Positions 28,385 through 37,820 of a stretch of 42,139 nucleotides of DNA are shown here, in pieces (the stretch's first letter is position 1; each line of letters starts with the position of its first letter). The stretch comes from an uncultured Nitrososphaeria archaeon (GTDB lineage: Archaea; Thermoproteota; Nitrososphaeria_A; Caldarchaeales; Wolframiiraptoraceae). The stretch covers positions 1 to 42,139 of the forward strand of contig CAYNFG010000005.1 in assembly GCA_964396455.1 (NCBI GenBank). The letters run 5' to 3'. The notes under the pieces were generated by a model that was not told the origin of the DNA, ran no database searches, and saw nothing but the letters and a program-made list of their open reading frames with translations. The position numbers and the translations under genes were made by a program.

Positions 28385-28468
28385 TTATATAAAAGTTGCT
28401 TAAGCATGCCGAGCCAAAGATGGCTGGACTGGCATGGCTCGATAAGCGTTGGGGGACAATTTTAAAAG
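28385..28468. promoter_or_regulatory. Divergent promoter region with two TATA-like boxes
   Basis: TTATATAAAA (28385-28394) and TTTTAAAAG (28460-28468), each about 25 nt from a start codon. Confidence 0.5.
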
Positions 28469-28494
28469 TCGCGGGCTTAGTCGGAGAGCTAGGC

Positions 28495-29823
28495 TTGTTG
28501 CCGAGGCTAGGTAAGGTTAGCCTTAAGCTCCTGCTAGTCCTCGAGATCGCCTTCGCCGGAGTATACCTCTCCTTCACTAGGAATCTTTTTGTGATCTATC
28601 TAGCCTCGATGGGGTTTGACATAGCTGGAATCTCTCTTATGTTTGTTGCAGCGACCCTCGCATCCTCCATCCTCTCGATAATCCTCTATAGGTTTCCAAG
28701 CTTTCTCGTTAAGAAGGTTAAGCCCAAGTTTCTGCTCTTTCATGCTGGCGAGCGGATCTTCTGGATACCCATGGTATTCTTCAAGGATATGGGGATGATA
28801 GCATTCCTCTACGCCTTGATAAACCTCTCCTCTACCATGCTCGGATCCTTCATGAACCTCCTAATCTACTCCTCTTTCGACGAGGCGGGGATTAGGGATG
28901 TAACCGCTAAGAGGACCGCAGCCTATAACGTAACCAGTATTATCGGCTCTCTCGCAGCTATATTCTTTCTCGCGATCCTTCCATCCGACCTCAAGTTCCT
29001 AACCCTCTTCATACTCGGATCTATGGTGGGGTTGTTATCGACGCTGATGCTCGCCTTCGCTAACATGCGCCATCTCGAGGGGGCTGAGATACCGAGGGCT
29101 ATCGAGAGGCCTGAGCAGATGTTCTCCGTCTCGGCCTTCTTCCTAGCATTCCTAGCCTCTGGAAACTTGCTCGGTATATTCTGGGCGCCATATCTGATGA
29201 GCGTCCTTCATGCGCCAGACTATCTCGCCGCCGCCATGAACTTCGCCGCAACGGTCTCGAGCATAGTCGGCTCCCTCCTATGGGCTAAGCGTTCTCTCAA
29301 AACTTTCAGAATAGCCTTAGGGATGTCTATGCTTACACCTCTCGCAGCATTCCTGATACCTATACCGATAGCCCATGTGGGGATCTCCGCATTTAATGGG
29401 CTTATGGGGACTGGGGCTAGCTTCCTAGGAAACTTCCTCTTCGCCAGATACTTGAAGGAGTTCGGGATCGTCCGCTCAAGCATAATGATGACTATCCTCG
29501 GAAACTTGGCTCAGCTTCTAGCCACCCCCTTCGGCATATTCTTCGGCCAGAGATACCTGATCCTATTCGCATCCGTCATGGCCATGATTATAGTCTCTCT
29601 GCTGATGGCGTTCCTAACGATTCCAGAGGTCGCTATAGTCCCGGAGCATGTTGCGAGAACATACTCCTACCTAATCTACTCAAATAGCATCGCCGGATAC
29701 GCTTATGCGGTCGAGACGAGCAAGGAGACGATAATCCTAAGCTTTAGGCTCTTAGCCCTAGCCATAATCCTAATCATCCTCTACATCATCTACAGGTTCA
29801 TCTTCTTCCTCGCGGGCCTATGA
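28495..29823 (+). CDS. MFS-like transporter
   Basis: About 12-13 hydrophobic segments in two halves; TTG 28495/28498 is the likely start. Confidence 0.75.
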   Translation: MLPRLGKVSLKLLLVLEIAFAGVYLSFTRNLFVIYLASMGFDIAGISLMFVAATLASSILSIILYRFPSFLVKKVKPKFLLFHAGERIFWIPMVFFKDMGMIAFLYALINLSSTMLGSFMNLLIYSSFDEAGIRDVTAKRTAAYNVTSIIGSLAAIFFLAILPSDLKFLTLFILGSMVGLLSTLMLAFANMRHLEGAEIPRAIERPEQMFSVSAFFLAFLASGNLLGIFWAPYLMSVLHAPDYLAAAMNFAATVSSIVGSLLWAKRSLKTFRIALGMSMLTPLAAFLIPIPIAHVGISAFNGLMGTGASFLGNFLFARYLKEFGIVRSSIMMTILGNLAQLLATPFGIFFGQRYLILFASVMAMIIVSLLMAFLTIPEVAIVPEHVARTYSYLIYSNSIAGYAYAVETSKETIILSFRLLALAIILIILYIIYRFIFFLAGL

Positions 29824-29866
29824 GCTAGATTAAATAGATGGGAGATTATTGAGGGATGGAGCATTG

Positions 29867-30496
29867 ATGAGTGAGGAAGCCTTAAGGCGCTTCGCATCCG
29901 AGCTGATGGCTGATCTAATAGGACTGCTTCCGAAGCTAATCCTAGCCCTAATCGTAGTCATAGCGGCATTCCTGATTCTCAAGCTTATAGGTGGAGCTAT
30001 TAGAAGGCTCCTCAGGGTAGCGAATGTCGATGAGCTTCTCGATAAGCAGCTTGGAATAAGGCTGCCTCTCTCCGTGAATTCCGTGATCTTAGCAATATTC
30101 TATATCGGCGTGATCATAGCAGCGGTCTACGCGATGATAAACATATTCTTCGGAGAAGCCTATATAGAGCTTGCGAACTCGCTATTAATCTACGGAGCTA
30201 GGATAATCAGCGTGATCTTTCTCGCGATAATACTCTTCGCAGCATCCTCTGGGATAATCGAGCGGATAAGGGTCGAGAGCAGGCTTAAAGGATACCTGCT
30301 CTTCATCATGATGCTCCTGCTCACAGCCATGCTGATAGACATAACGGCTTTAAGCGAGCCGGTAAAACACGCCCTCTACACAGGTCTCGCAATAGGAATA
30401 GGGGCATCCCTAGCAGTATTCTCAGCCTGGTTCTTCTTCGGAGAACTCTGGGAAAGAATCTTGGAAGAGAAAAAGGGAGCGAGCAGGAAAAAGTAG
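29867..30496 (+). CDS. Membrane protein, second MscS-TM/CmpX-like paralog
   Basis: LPKLILALIVVIAAFLILKLIG..IRRLL....VDE resembles the 27670 gene; C-terminal GLAIGIG. Confidence 0.7.
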   Translation: MSEEALRRFASELMADLIGLLPKLILALIVVIAAFLILKLIGGAIRRLLRVANVDELLDKQLGIRLPLSVNSVILAIFYIGVIIAAVYAMINIFFGEAYIELANSLLIYGARIISVIFLAIILFAASSGIIERIRVESRLKGYLLFIMMLLLTAMLIDITALSEPVKHALYTGLAIGIGASLAVFSAWFFFGELWERILEEKKGASRKK

Positions 30497-30523
30497 CCAT
30501 AAATCCTCCGCCGCCCGCTCCGC

Positions 30524-30560
30524 TTAGAAGAAATACTGAAAAGCCGGCTTTAGAAGAAAT
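30524..30560. repeat. Direct repeat TTAGAAGAAAT x2 upstream of rpe
   Basis: Exact 11-mer at 30524-30534 and 30550-30560. Confidence 0.6.
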
Positions 30561-30577
30561 GCTCTTGGGGGAAGTTA

Positions 30578-31285
30578 ATGCAAGATCTAGTCCCGCCGCC
30601 GAAGCTCGCCCCCTCACTCCTCTCGGCAGATTTTAGAAACCTCGGAGAGCAGATTAGAAAGGTCGAATCATCCGGAGCCGATATGCTGCACTTCGACATC
30701 ATGGACGGCCACTTCGTCCCGAATATAACCTTCGGACCCCTAGTAATGAGATGGCTGAGAGGTGAGACGAGCCTCATCTTTACAGCCCACCTAATGGTGG
30801 ATAATCCCGAGAGCGTCATAGAGCCGGTCATAGACTCCGGAGCAGATATAGTGATAGTTCATGTCGAGTCCTCAAGCAATCTATATCGGCTCATACAGTC
30901 TATAAAGGATCGCGGGATAAAGGCTGGCGTAGCCCTGAACCCCGCAACACCCCTCTCCTCCCTAACCTATCTACTGGAAGATGTCGATATGATCCTCATA
31001 ATGGGCGTCGATCCAGGCTTCGGCGGCCAGAAGCTCATCCCAAGCACATTAAAGAAGATAGCAAAACTCAGGAAGATCCTCCTTAGACGCAGGCTTCCAA
31101 AAGATATCGCAATAGATGGAGGAGTAACTCATGATAACGTGGATACGATAGTCAAGGCTGGAGCAAACGTCATCATCGCAGGCACGGCAATATTCGATCA
31201 AAACAGCATAGAGGAGGCTACGAGATCGCTTAAAAAGCGATGCCTTGAAGCTTACGATGAATATATTAGCAGGCTATCAAGATAG
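30578..31285 (+). CDS. rpe: Ribulose-phosphate 3-epimerase
   Basis: APSLLSADF, HFDIMDGHFVPNITFG, HLMV, LNPATP, PGFGGQ, IDGG. Confidence 0.96.
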   Translation: MQDLVPPPKLAPSLLSADFRNLGEQIRKVESSGADMLHFDIMDGHFVPNITFGPLVMRWLRGETSLIFTAHLMVDNPESVIEPVIDSGADIVIVHVESSSNLYRLIQSIKDRGIKAGVALNPATPLSSLTYLLEDVDMILIMGVDPGFGGQKLIPSTLKKIAKLRKILLRRRLPKDIAIDGGVTHDNVDTIVKAGANVIIAGTAIFDQNSIEEATRSLKKRCLEAYDEYISRLSR

Positions 31286-31435
31286 GCCGAAAAAGCCGTC
31301 AGAGATCCTGAAATCCGCTCTTTTCGACCGAGCTTACCATTTATCCGATCTCCCCTCTAGAATTAAATACTCGAATCATGCAGATCGTTTGGGGAGAGAG
31401 TGCCTAGAAGAAGCGGCCGGGAAGGGGGTGCTGGG

Positions 31436-32410
31436 ATGACGCAGCAGGAGAAGAAGGTCTATCTTAGGATCGAGGATCTTCCATCGGTTGGGGCTGCGAC
31501 CGCTCAGAAGCTTAGGGAGATAGGCTTCTCCACGATAGAGTCTTTGGCGACGGCGACCATCGCTGAGCTCGCTGCAGCTGGTATAGGCGAGAAGCGGGCG
31601 GCTGAGATAATCTCCGCTGCTAGGGAGGCTGTCGAGGTTAGCTGGGTTACAGCTAAGCATCTCGCCGAGCTAAAAAAGGGAGTAGGAAGAATAACCACCG
31701 GAAGCAAGGCGCTCGATAACCTGATAGGAGGAGGCGTAGAAACCCAATCGATCACAGAGTTCTTCGGAGAATTTGGAAGCGGCAAATCCCAGCTCTGCCA
31801 CCAGCTCGCGGTAAACGTCCAGCTCCCACCCGAGAAAGGCGGGCTAAACGGAGCGGCATTATATATCGATACCGAGAATACGTTTAGGATCGAGAGGATA
31901 GTCCAGATGGCCAAGCACGTCGGATTAGACCCGGATGAAGCATGCGAGAGGATAATCTACGCCGAGGCTTATAATAGCGATCACCAAGTCCTCCTACTCG
32001 AGAAAGCCGACAGAGTGATCAAGGAGAATAATGTAAGGCTCATCATAATAGATTCACTAACCTCCCACTTCAGAAGCGAATACGTCGGAAGGCAGAATCT
32101 ACCCGAGCGCCAGCAGAAGCTAAACAAGCATATGCATAAGCTATTAAGGCTCGCTAGAGCATTCAACGCGGCGGCCGTCGTTACGAACCAGGTTATGGCG
32201 AGGCCTGATGAATTCTTCAGCGCCATGGCGGTTCTCCCAGTCGGAGGCCATATCGTAGGCCATACAAGCCATACGAGAATATACCTGAGGAAAGCTGCTG
32301 GAAAGAATGTGAGGATCGCGAGGCTCGTCGCAAGCCCATACCTACCAGAAGGAGAAGCATTATTCAGGATAACCGAAAACGGGATAGAGGATCTGGAGGA
32401 GGCTGAATGA
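31436..32410 (+). CDS. radA: DNA repair and recombination protein RadA (no intein)
   Basis: N-terminal HhH domain, [39 protein letters not shown]. Confidence 0.97.
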   Translation: MTQQEKKVYLRIEDLPSVGAATAQKLREIGFSTIESLATATIAELAAAGIGEKRAAEIISAAREAVEVSWVTAKHLAELKKGVGRITTGSKALDNLIGGGVETQSITEFFGEFGSGKSQLCHQLAVNVQLPPEKGGLNGAALYIDTENTFRIERIVQMAKHVGLDPDEACERIIYAEAYNSDHQVLLLEKADRVIKENNVRLIIIDSLTSHFRSEYVGRQNLPERQQKLNKHMHKLLRLARAFNAAAVVTNQVMARPDEFFSAMAVLPVGGHIVGHTSHTRIYLRKAAGKNVRIARLVASPYLPEGEALFRITENGIEDLEEAE

Positions 32411-32772
32411 ACCCCCAAAGCAAGAGAGCTGTAAAAAACTTTTTCACGCTCCTCTTCTCAGGCAAGCTCAGTAAAGCGGAGGAAACGCTAAAAAGAATCA
32501 AGAAGAGGCTGGATCAGGAAGATGAGGGATACTATAAAGCGCTCTACGGAATCTACTACGCATACATATCCGATGATAGAGATTCCTACCTCTTCCAGCT
32601 CTGGAGAAAATACTTAGACGGAAAAGATAAATCCATGCTAAAAAGATCCTTCACGGAATTATTGAAAGCCTCCTATGATCCGCCTAAAGGCTTCATCCAA
32701 GCTTGGCTAGACTTGATAGATATGATGGATTCCCTGCCGACCCCCCATAAGCTTGAGAAGAAGAGCGGCTAG
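32407..32772 (+). CDS. Hypothetical helical protein, translationally coupled to radA
   Basis: ATGA 4-nt overlap with radA; GYYKALYGI and GFIQAW motifs; protein-like composition. Confidence 0.75.
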   Translation: MNPQSKRAVKNFFTLLFSGKLSKAEETLKRIKKRLDQEDEGYYKALYGIYYAYISDDRDSYLFQLWRKYLDGKDKSMLKRSFTELLKASYDPPKGFIQAWLDLIDMMDSLPTPHKLEKKSG

Positions 32773-32777
32773 ATCGG

Positions 32778-34769
32778 CTAGCCTAAATTGAAGTAGTTTA
32801 GGATCTTCTCCGCGACGGCTTCTCCGGTAAAGCCGAAATCCTTCATTAGATCCTTATACGGCGCGGATTTTCCAAATCTCTCGATGCTTATTACCAGCCC
32901 CTCATCGCCCACATACTTATACCAGCAAAGCCCTACGCCAGCCTCGATCGCAACCCTCCGCTTAATCGATCTAGGTATAACCTTCTCACGATACTCTTTA
33001 TCCTGCTTCTCGAATAGCTCGAAGCATGCCATATTCACGACCCTCACCTTCAGCCCCCGCTCCTCCAAGATCTTCTTAGCCTCTAATGCTACATGAACCT
33101 CGGATCCCGAGGCTATTATCAGGATATCCGGCTCCCCCTCCGAGTCTGCGAGGATATATGCGCCGCGCCTAATACTGTCGGCTGATGGGTAAATGCTTCT
33201 ATCTAAGACTGGAAGGCTTTGCCTAGTCAGGATTATCGCGGTCGGGCCATCCTTCCTCTCGATCGCTATATCCCATGCCACCGAAACCTCGTTTGCATCG
33301 CATGGTCTTATAACCCATAGATTCGGTATAAGCCTGAGCGATGAAAGCTGCTCGACCGGCTGATGGGTTGGCCCGTCCTGCCCTATCCATAGCGAGTCAT
33401 GGGTGAATACGTAGATTACTTGAAGCCCTGCCATCGCGGCGATTCTAATCGCCGGCCTCATGTAATCGGAGAAGACTAGGAAGGTTCCTCCATAGGGGAG
33501 TATTCCTCCATGATATGCCATCCCATTCATTATAGCTCCCATAGCATGCTCTCGAACGCCGTAATGGATGTTCCTGCCGAGAGGATTATCCGCTTGAAAA
33601 TCTCCAAATCCCTCGAGATAAGTATTCGTCGACTCGCTTAGATCCGCTGAGCCTCCTATCATTAAGGGGAGATAGCTTGCTATGGAATTCAGCACCCTGC
33701 CGCTCGCCTTCCTCGTCGCCATGGGCTCCGCGAATCTCGGTAGATGCTTCTTGTACTCGCTTCCCCAATCCCTCTCAAAGGCTCTGACTAGTAGATCCGC
33801 TAGCTCGGGAAATCTCTCCCTATATCTCTCGAATTGCTTCTTCCATTCAGCCTCCCTCTTCTCGCCCTCCTCAATCTTCCTCCTCCTATACTCCCAAACC
33901 TCCTCGGGGACGTAAAATTCCTCAAGAGGCCAGCGGAATCTCTTCTTAGTCTCGGCCGCCGCCTCCTCGCCCAGCGGGGCTCCATGAACCTTACAGTTGT
34001 CTTGTAGCGGGCTTCCATAACCGAGATGCGTTCGAACGGCTATGAAGGATGGTCTAGACTTCTCTTCCTTAGCCTTTCTAATCGCCTTCTCTAAGGCATC
34101 CAGATCATAGCCTTCCTCGACGTTCTGGACGTGCCAGCCGAACGCCTCAAACCTCTCGAGCACGTTCTCAGACCATGCTAGGGATGTTGGGCCATCTATT
34201 GAAACCCTGTTATTATCCCAGATGACTATAAGCTTATGAAGCTTGAAATGTCCTGCTAATGCTCCTACCTCGCTCGAGATACCCTCCATCAGATCTCCAT
34301 CGCTCGCCAGCACGTAGGTATAATGATCTATTATGTTGAATCCGCCTCTATTGAAGTAGCTTGAGAGATATTTCTCGGCGATGGCCATGCCAACCGCATT
34401 CCCGAAACCTTGTCCGAGGGGGCCTGTGGTGGTCTCGACTCCCGGGGTTAATCCGTATTCCGGGTGGCCTGGCGTGATGCTATTCAATTGCCTAAACTGT
34501 TTAAGATCTTCTATTGTGATGTCATAGCCGTTTACGAAGAGGGTTGCATAGAGCATGGCGCTCGCATGGCCTGCGGAAAGCACGAATCTATCCCTATCGA
34601 TCCATCTAGGATTCTTCGGATTGAACTTGAGGAATCGATCGAAGATCAGGTATGCTATATGAGCTGCTCCAAGAGGCATGCCCGGATGACCGGACTTAGC
34701 ACGCTCTATCTGATCTATGCTTAAGCATCGGATAGTGTTTATTATGACCTCGTCAAGCTTTCGACTCAT
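32778..34769 (-). CDS. tkt: Transketolase, single-chain bacterial type
   Basis: SGHPGMPLG, RDRFVLSAGH, TPGHPE, TTGPLGQG, DGDLMEG, GVREHAM, THDS...GQDGPTHQP; 663 aa. Confidence 0.97.
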   Translation of the reverse strand: MSRKLDEVIINTIRCLSIDQIERAKSGHPGMPLGAAHIAYLIFDRFLKFNPKNPRWIDRDRFVLSAGHASAMLYATLFVNGYDITIEDLKQFRQLNSITPGHPEYGLTPGVETTTGPLGQGFGNAVGMAIAEKYLSSYFNRGGFNIIDHYTYVLASDGDLMEGISSEVGALAGHFKLHKLIVIWDNNRVSIDGPTSLAWSENVLERFEAFGWHVQNVEEGYDLDALEKAIRKAKEEKSRPSFIAVRTHLGYGSPLQDNCKVHGAPLGEEAAAETKKRFRWPLEEFYVPEEVWEYRRRKIEEGEKREAEWKKQFERYRERFPELADLLVRAFERDWGSEYKKHLPRFAEPMATRKASGRVLNSIASYLPLMIGGSADLSESTNTYLEGFGDFQADNPLGRNIHYGVREHAMGAIMNGMAYHGGILPYGGTFLVFSDYMRPAIRIAAMAGLQVIYVFTHDSLWIGQDGPTHQPVEQLSSLRLIPNLWVIRPCDANEVSVAWDIAIERKDGPTAIILTRQSLPVLDRSIYPSADSIRRGAYILADSEGEPDILIIASGSEVHVALEAKKILEERGLKVRVVNMACFELFEKQDKEYREKVIPRSIKRRVAIEAGVGLCWYKYVGDEGLVISIERFGKSAPYKDLMKDFGFTGEAVAEKILNYFNLG

Positions 34770-34825
34770 CCCTGAAAATTGGGAGAGAACCTACTTTAAA
34801 CTGTTTTTCTTGGATGTGGATCGGT

Positions 34826-35107
34826 CTAGAGCATGAGGTTGTAGATCATTATTAGGGTTATCAGCCAGCTGGCGGCATAGGTTGCCGCCCCGCTTAGATA
34901 TAGGTTCCTGCCGAGCCTGCTCCTCTCTTCAGCGGATAGGATGATCCTGAGGATGATCGCCGATAGCATGTAGGCTACCACCATTATGAGGACTCCTACT
35001 AGGATCGTTGGCTGATAGAGCTTAAAATATGCTGTGATTATCCCCATGATTATCCCGCCGACGAACCTCCCCCAGTAAAGCTTATCCTCGAGTTTCAAGC
35101 TTATCAC
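34826..35107 (-). CDS. EMC6/Rab5IP-like three-TM membrane protein
   Basis: 93 aa, 3 TM; N-terminal YW.R...GII.G and C-terminal G..TY..SW......YNL pattern typical of the EMC6 family. Confidence 0.62.
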   Translation of the reverse strand: MISLKLEDKLYWGRFVGGIIMGIITAYFKLYQPTILVGVLIMVVAYMLSAIILRIILSAEERSRLGRNLYLSGAATYAASWLITLIMIYNLML

Positions 35108-35182
35108 CCAATCCTTTTAGGCTCGATCTTTTATGAATTGGGTGAAGGCTTGTTAAAAAGCATGCCTCCGTACTAGGTTTAG

Positions 35183-37117
35183 GTGGCTGGATTGGAGTCC
35201 GCATCCTACTTCGAGCTCAGGAGAATCCTAAACGAGATACGCGGCCGACTTATAGATGCTAGAGTATCCAATCTTTATCATCTTGAGGATGACTCGATCA
35301 TACTCAAGCTCAGATCGGAAAAATTTGCAGGAGAGCTTAGGATAATCCCCGGCCGCTTTCTATACTTGGTTGAGGGCTTCTATGAAAAGCCTATGGAGCT
35401 CAGTCAGAAAGGTAGGCTCATGCGTAGCTTCGTCGAGAATTCTAGGATAATCGATGTAAAGCTTATCGAGGGAGAGCGGATAATGATAATGGATCTTGAT
35501 AGGAGGGGTTCTAGGCTTAAGCTCGTATGCGAGTTCCTGCCGAAGGGGACGATATTGATCCTAGATCAGGATGATAGGATTCTGGCATGCCTGCATAAGC
35601 TTGAGATGCGTGATAGAAGGATCGCGCCCGGAGAAAAATACGTCCTACCGCCTGCGAAACCCGCTCCATCGGAGGATGATCTGAGAAAGCTCATGAAGAG
35701 CCTGTCTCCTAGAAGAAGCATAGTATCAGCCTTGGCCTCGGAGCTGAGGCTCGGCGGAAGATACGCCGAGGAAATACTTCGTGAAGCCGGAATAGATTTC
35801 TCGAGAAAGGTTCGAGATCTATCAGAGTCCGATATCGAAAAGATTATCGATTCTGCTCAAAGGATCTTTAAGCTAATCGAGGAGGGAAAACCCGTAATCG
35901 CATACTCGCCTCAAGGAGACGTCCAACCACTACCCTATCCGATGAGGATATTCGAGGAGAAGGGGTGGAGGCTCGAACTAGCCGAGAGCCTAAACGACGC
36001 GTATAGGATCGCCTACGAATACTGGCTCGCCAAGAAGCTTGAAGAAGAGCGGAGGAAGGCGATAGAGGAAAAGGCTAGAGAGATAGAGAGGAGGGTTCGC
36101 GAAAAAGAGTTTTCGGCGAAAAGGCTTCTATCGGAATCATCGGCATTAAGAAGCCTCGCGGAAAAGCTCTTCAAATACTCCGCGATCCTTGAATCGATTA
36201 AGAATAATCCAGAGCCTAAGCAGATCGATGACATTAAGATAGTTCCGAAGCCGGAGAAAAGACTCCTGCTAGTCGAATCTGGTGAGCATAAGATCGAGCT
36301 AACGCTCAACGAATCGCTAATGAAGCAGATTTCAAGCCTCTATGATAAGGCAAAGAAGGCTGAAGCCGCTGCGAAAAAGCTTCTAGACGAGGCGGACAAG
36401 CTTTCATCAAAGCTTAAAGCCCTGAAGAGAGAATCGGAGGAGGTTTTGGAGGAGGCGCTTCTAAAGGTCTCAGCGCATATCAAGCCGAGCAAGGGGAGAT
36501 GGTATGAGAAATATCGATGGTTCATTTCCTCAGAAGGCTTCCTAGCGGTAGCCGGAAAAGATGCCTCAAGCAATATCTCGCTGCTAAAGAAGCATTTAGA
36601 GCCTGATGATCTGGTCTTCCACGCGGAGATTCGAGGCGCGGCAGTAGTAATTCTGAAGAATGGGAAGAACTCGGGCGAGATCTCTAGGAATGAGGCAGCC
36701 CAATTCGCCGCAGTCTATAGCAGGGCGTGGAAGGATGAGCTAAGGCTCGTAACAGTATATTACATCACCCCCGACCAGATATCCTTCGAGCCTCCCCCAG
36801 GCCACTATCTACCAAAAGGAGGCTTCATAATCAAAGGAAAGCGCACATACCTCCAAGCAAGATTAGAGCTAGCGATAGGGATAACACGCGACCTAGAGCT
36901 GATATACGGTCCTCCAAGCGCTGTGCAGGCGAGGGCTGAAAAGTTTGTCAAGATCGAGCCTGGAAAGATTTCCGCCAGCGAGCTCTCGGAGAAGATCGCT
37001 CAGAAGCTATTCTCCGGCTTTGAGTTGAGTTCGAGGGAGCTGAGAGATTTGAGGCAGTTTATAGCTGAGCTAATACCGTATGGAAGGGGTAGAATCGTCG
37101 ATGAAGATGTAGTTTAA
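35183..37117 (+). CDS. rqcH: Ribosome quality control protein RqcH/Rqc2 (NFACT family)
   Basis: NFACT-N, H2TH (LGGRYAEE), coiled coil, WYEKYRWF.SSEG, GKDASSN, FHAE..GA, YLPKGGF. Confidence 0.93.
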   Translation: MAGLESASYFELRRILNEIRGRLIDARVSNLYHLEDDSIILKLRSEKFAGELRIIPGRFLYLVEGFYEKPMELSQKGRLMRSFVENSRIIDVKLIEGERIMIMDLDRRGSRLKLVCEFLPKGTILILDQDDRILACLHKLEMRDRRIAPGEKYVLPPAKPAPSEDDLRKLMKSLSPRRSIVSALASELRLGGRYAEEILREAGIDFSRKVRDLSESDIEKIIDSAQRIFKLIEEGKPVIAYSPQGDVQPLPYPMRIFEEKGWRLELAESLNDAYRIAYEYWLAKKLEEERRKAIEEKAREIERRVREKEFSAKRLLSESSALRSLAEKLFKYSAILESIKNNPEPKQIDDIKIVPKPEKRLLLVESGEHKIELTLNESLMKQISSLYDKAKKAEAAAKKLLDEADKLSSKLKALKRESEEVLEEALLKVSAHIKPSKGRWYEKYRWFISSEGFLAVAGKDASSNISLLKKHLEPDDLVFHAEIRGAAVVILKNGKNSGEISRNEAAQFAAVYSRAWKDELRLVTVYYITPDQISFEPPPGHYLPKGGFIIKGKRTYLQARLELAIGITRDLELIYGPPSAVQARAEKFVKIEPGKISASELSEKIAQKLFSGFELSSRELRDLRQFIAELIPYGRGRIVDEDVV

Positions 37118-37163
37118 ACTTTAAAAGCCATCTAATCGAGCTTAACATCGGTAGTGAGTAGGC

Positions 37164-37742
37164 TTGAGGATAACCGACGAGGTCTTGGTGCGCGAGGTAA
37201 TGTCTAGTCCCGTGATCGAGAGCAGCGAGAATGAGACAGCTGAGGAAGTTGCTAAGAAGATGATGAAGTATAAGGTCGGGGCTGTGATCGTAACATCAAA
37301 AGACGGCTCCCCGAGAGGAATAATCACGAAGACTGATCTGGTCGAGAAGGTCATAGCAGTAAATCTTAAGCCGAGCGAGGTAAAGGCGAAGGATATAATG
37401 AGCACACCCCTCCAAACGATCGAACCCGAAGCTAGGATAGAGGACGCCCTAAGGAAGATGAGCAAGCTCGGGATAAGCAGGCTCGCGGTAGTCTACAAGA
37501 ATAGGCTAAGCGGCCTAATAAGCATCAAGGACATACTTCAAGTCACGCCGGAAATTCTCGAGATAGTGAAGGAGCATATGAAGATAATGGGATTATCGCT
37601 CCCGAGGAGTAGTGAGGGCTATCTAGAGGGGTATTGCGATGAATGCGGAGAATGGTCGGATATGCTATTGAACGTGGATGGGAGGTATCTATGCGAAGAC
37701 TGTAGGCTGGAGCTTATCCGAAGAGGTAGAGGAGAGAGATGA
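37164..37742 (+). CDS. CBS-domain pair with C-terminal zinc ribbon
   Basis: VREVMSSPV, GIITKTDL, KDIMSTP; GYCDECG...YLCEDC. Confidence 0.9.
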   Translation: MRITDEVLVREVMSSPVIESSENETAEEVAKKMMKYKVGAVIVTSKDGSPRGIITKTDLVEKVIAVNLKPSEVKAKDIMSTPLQTIEPEARIEDALRKMSKLGISRLAVVYKNRLSGLISIKDILQVTPEILEIVKEHMKIMGLSLPRSSEGYLEGYCDECGEWSDMLLNVDGRYLCEDCRLELIRRGRGER

Positions 37743-37820
37743 TTAACGTCGTATTGGAGCATGGGGTTACCGAGGCTTTAGTGTTAAATATCTGGGATGC
37801 TCACCTCATCCTAACCTAAA

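Noticed and set aside
31436-32410. Intein in RadA
   Set aside because: Normal length and continuous motifs around Walker A.
37738-37790. Possible C/D box sRNA (ATGATTA...) after the CBS gene
   Set aside because: No properly spaced D', C' or CTGA D box.
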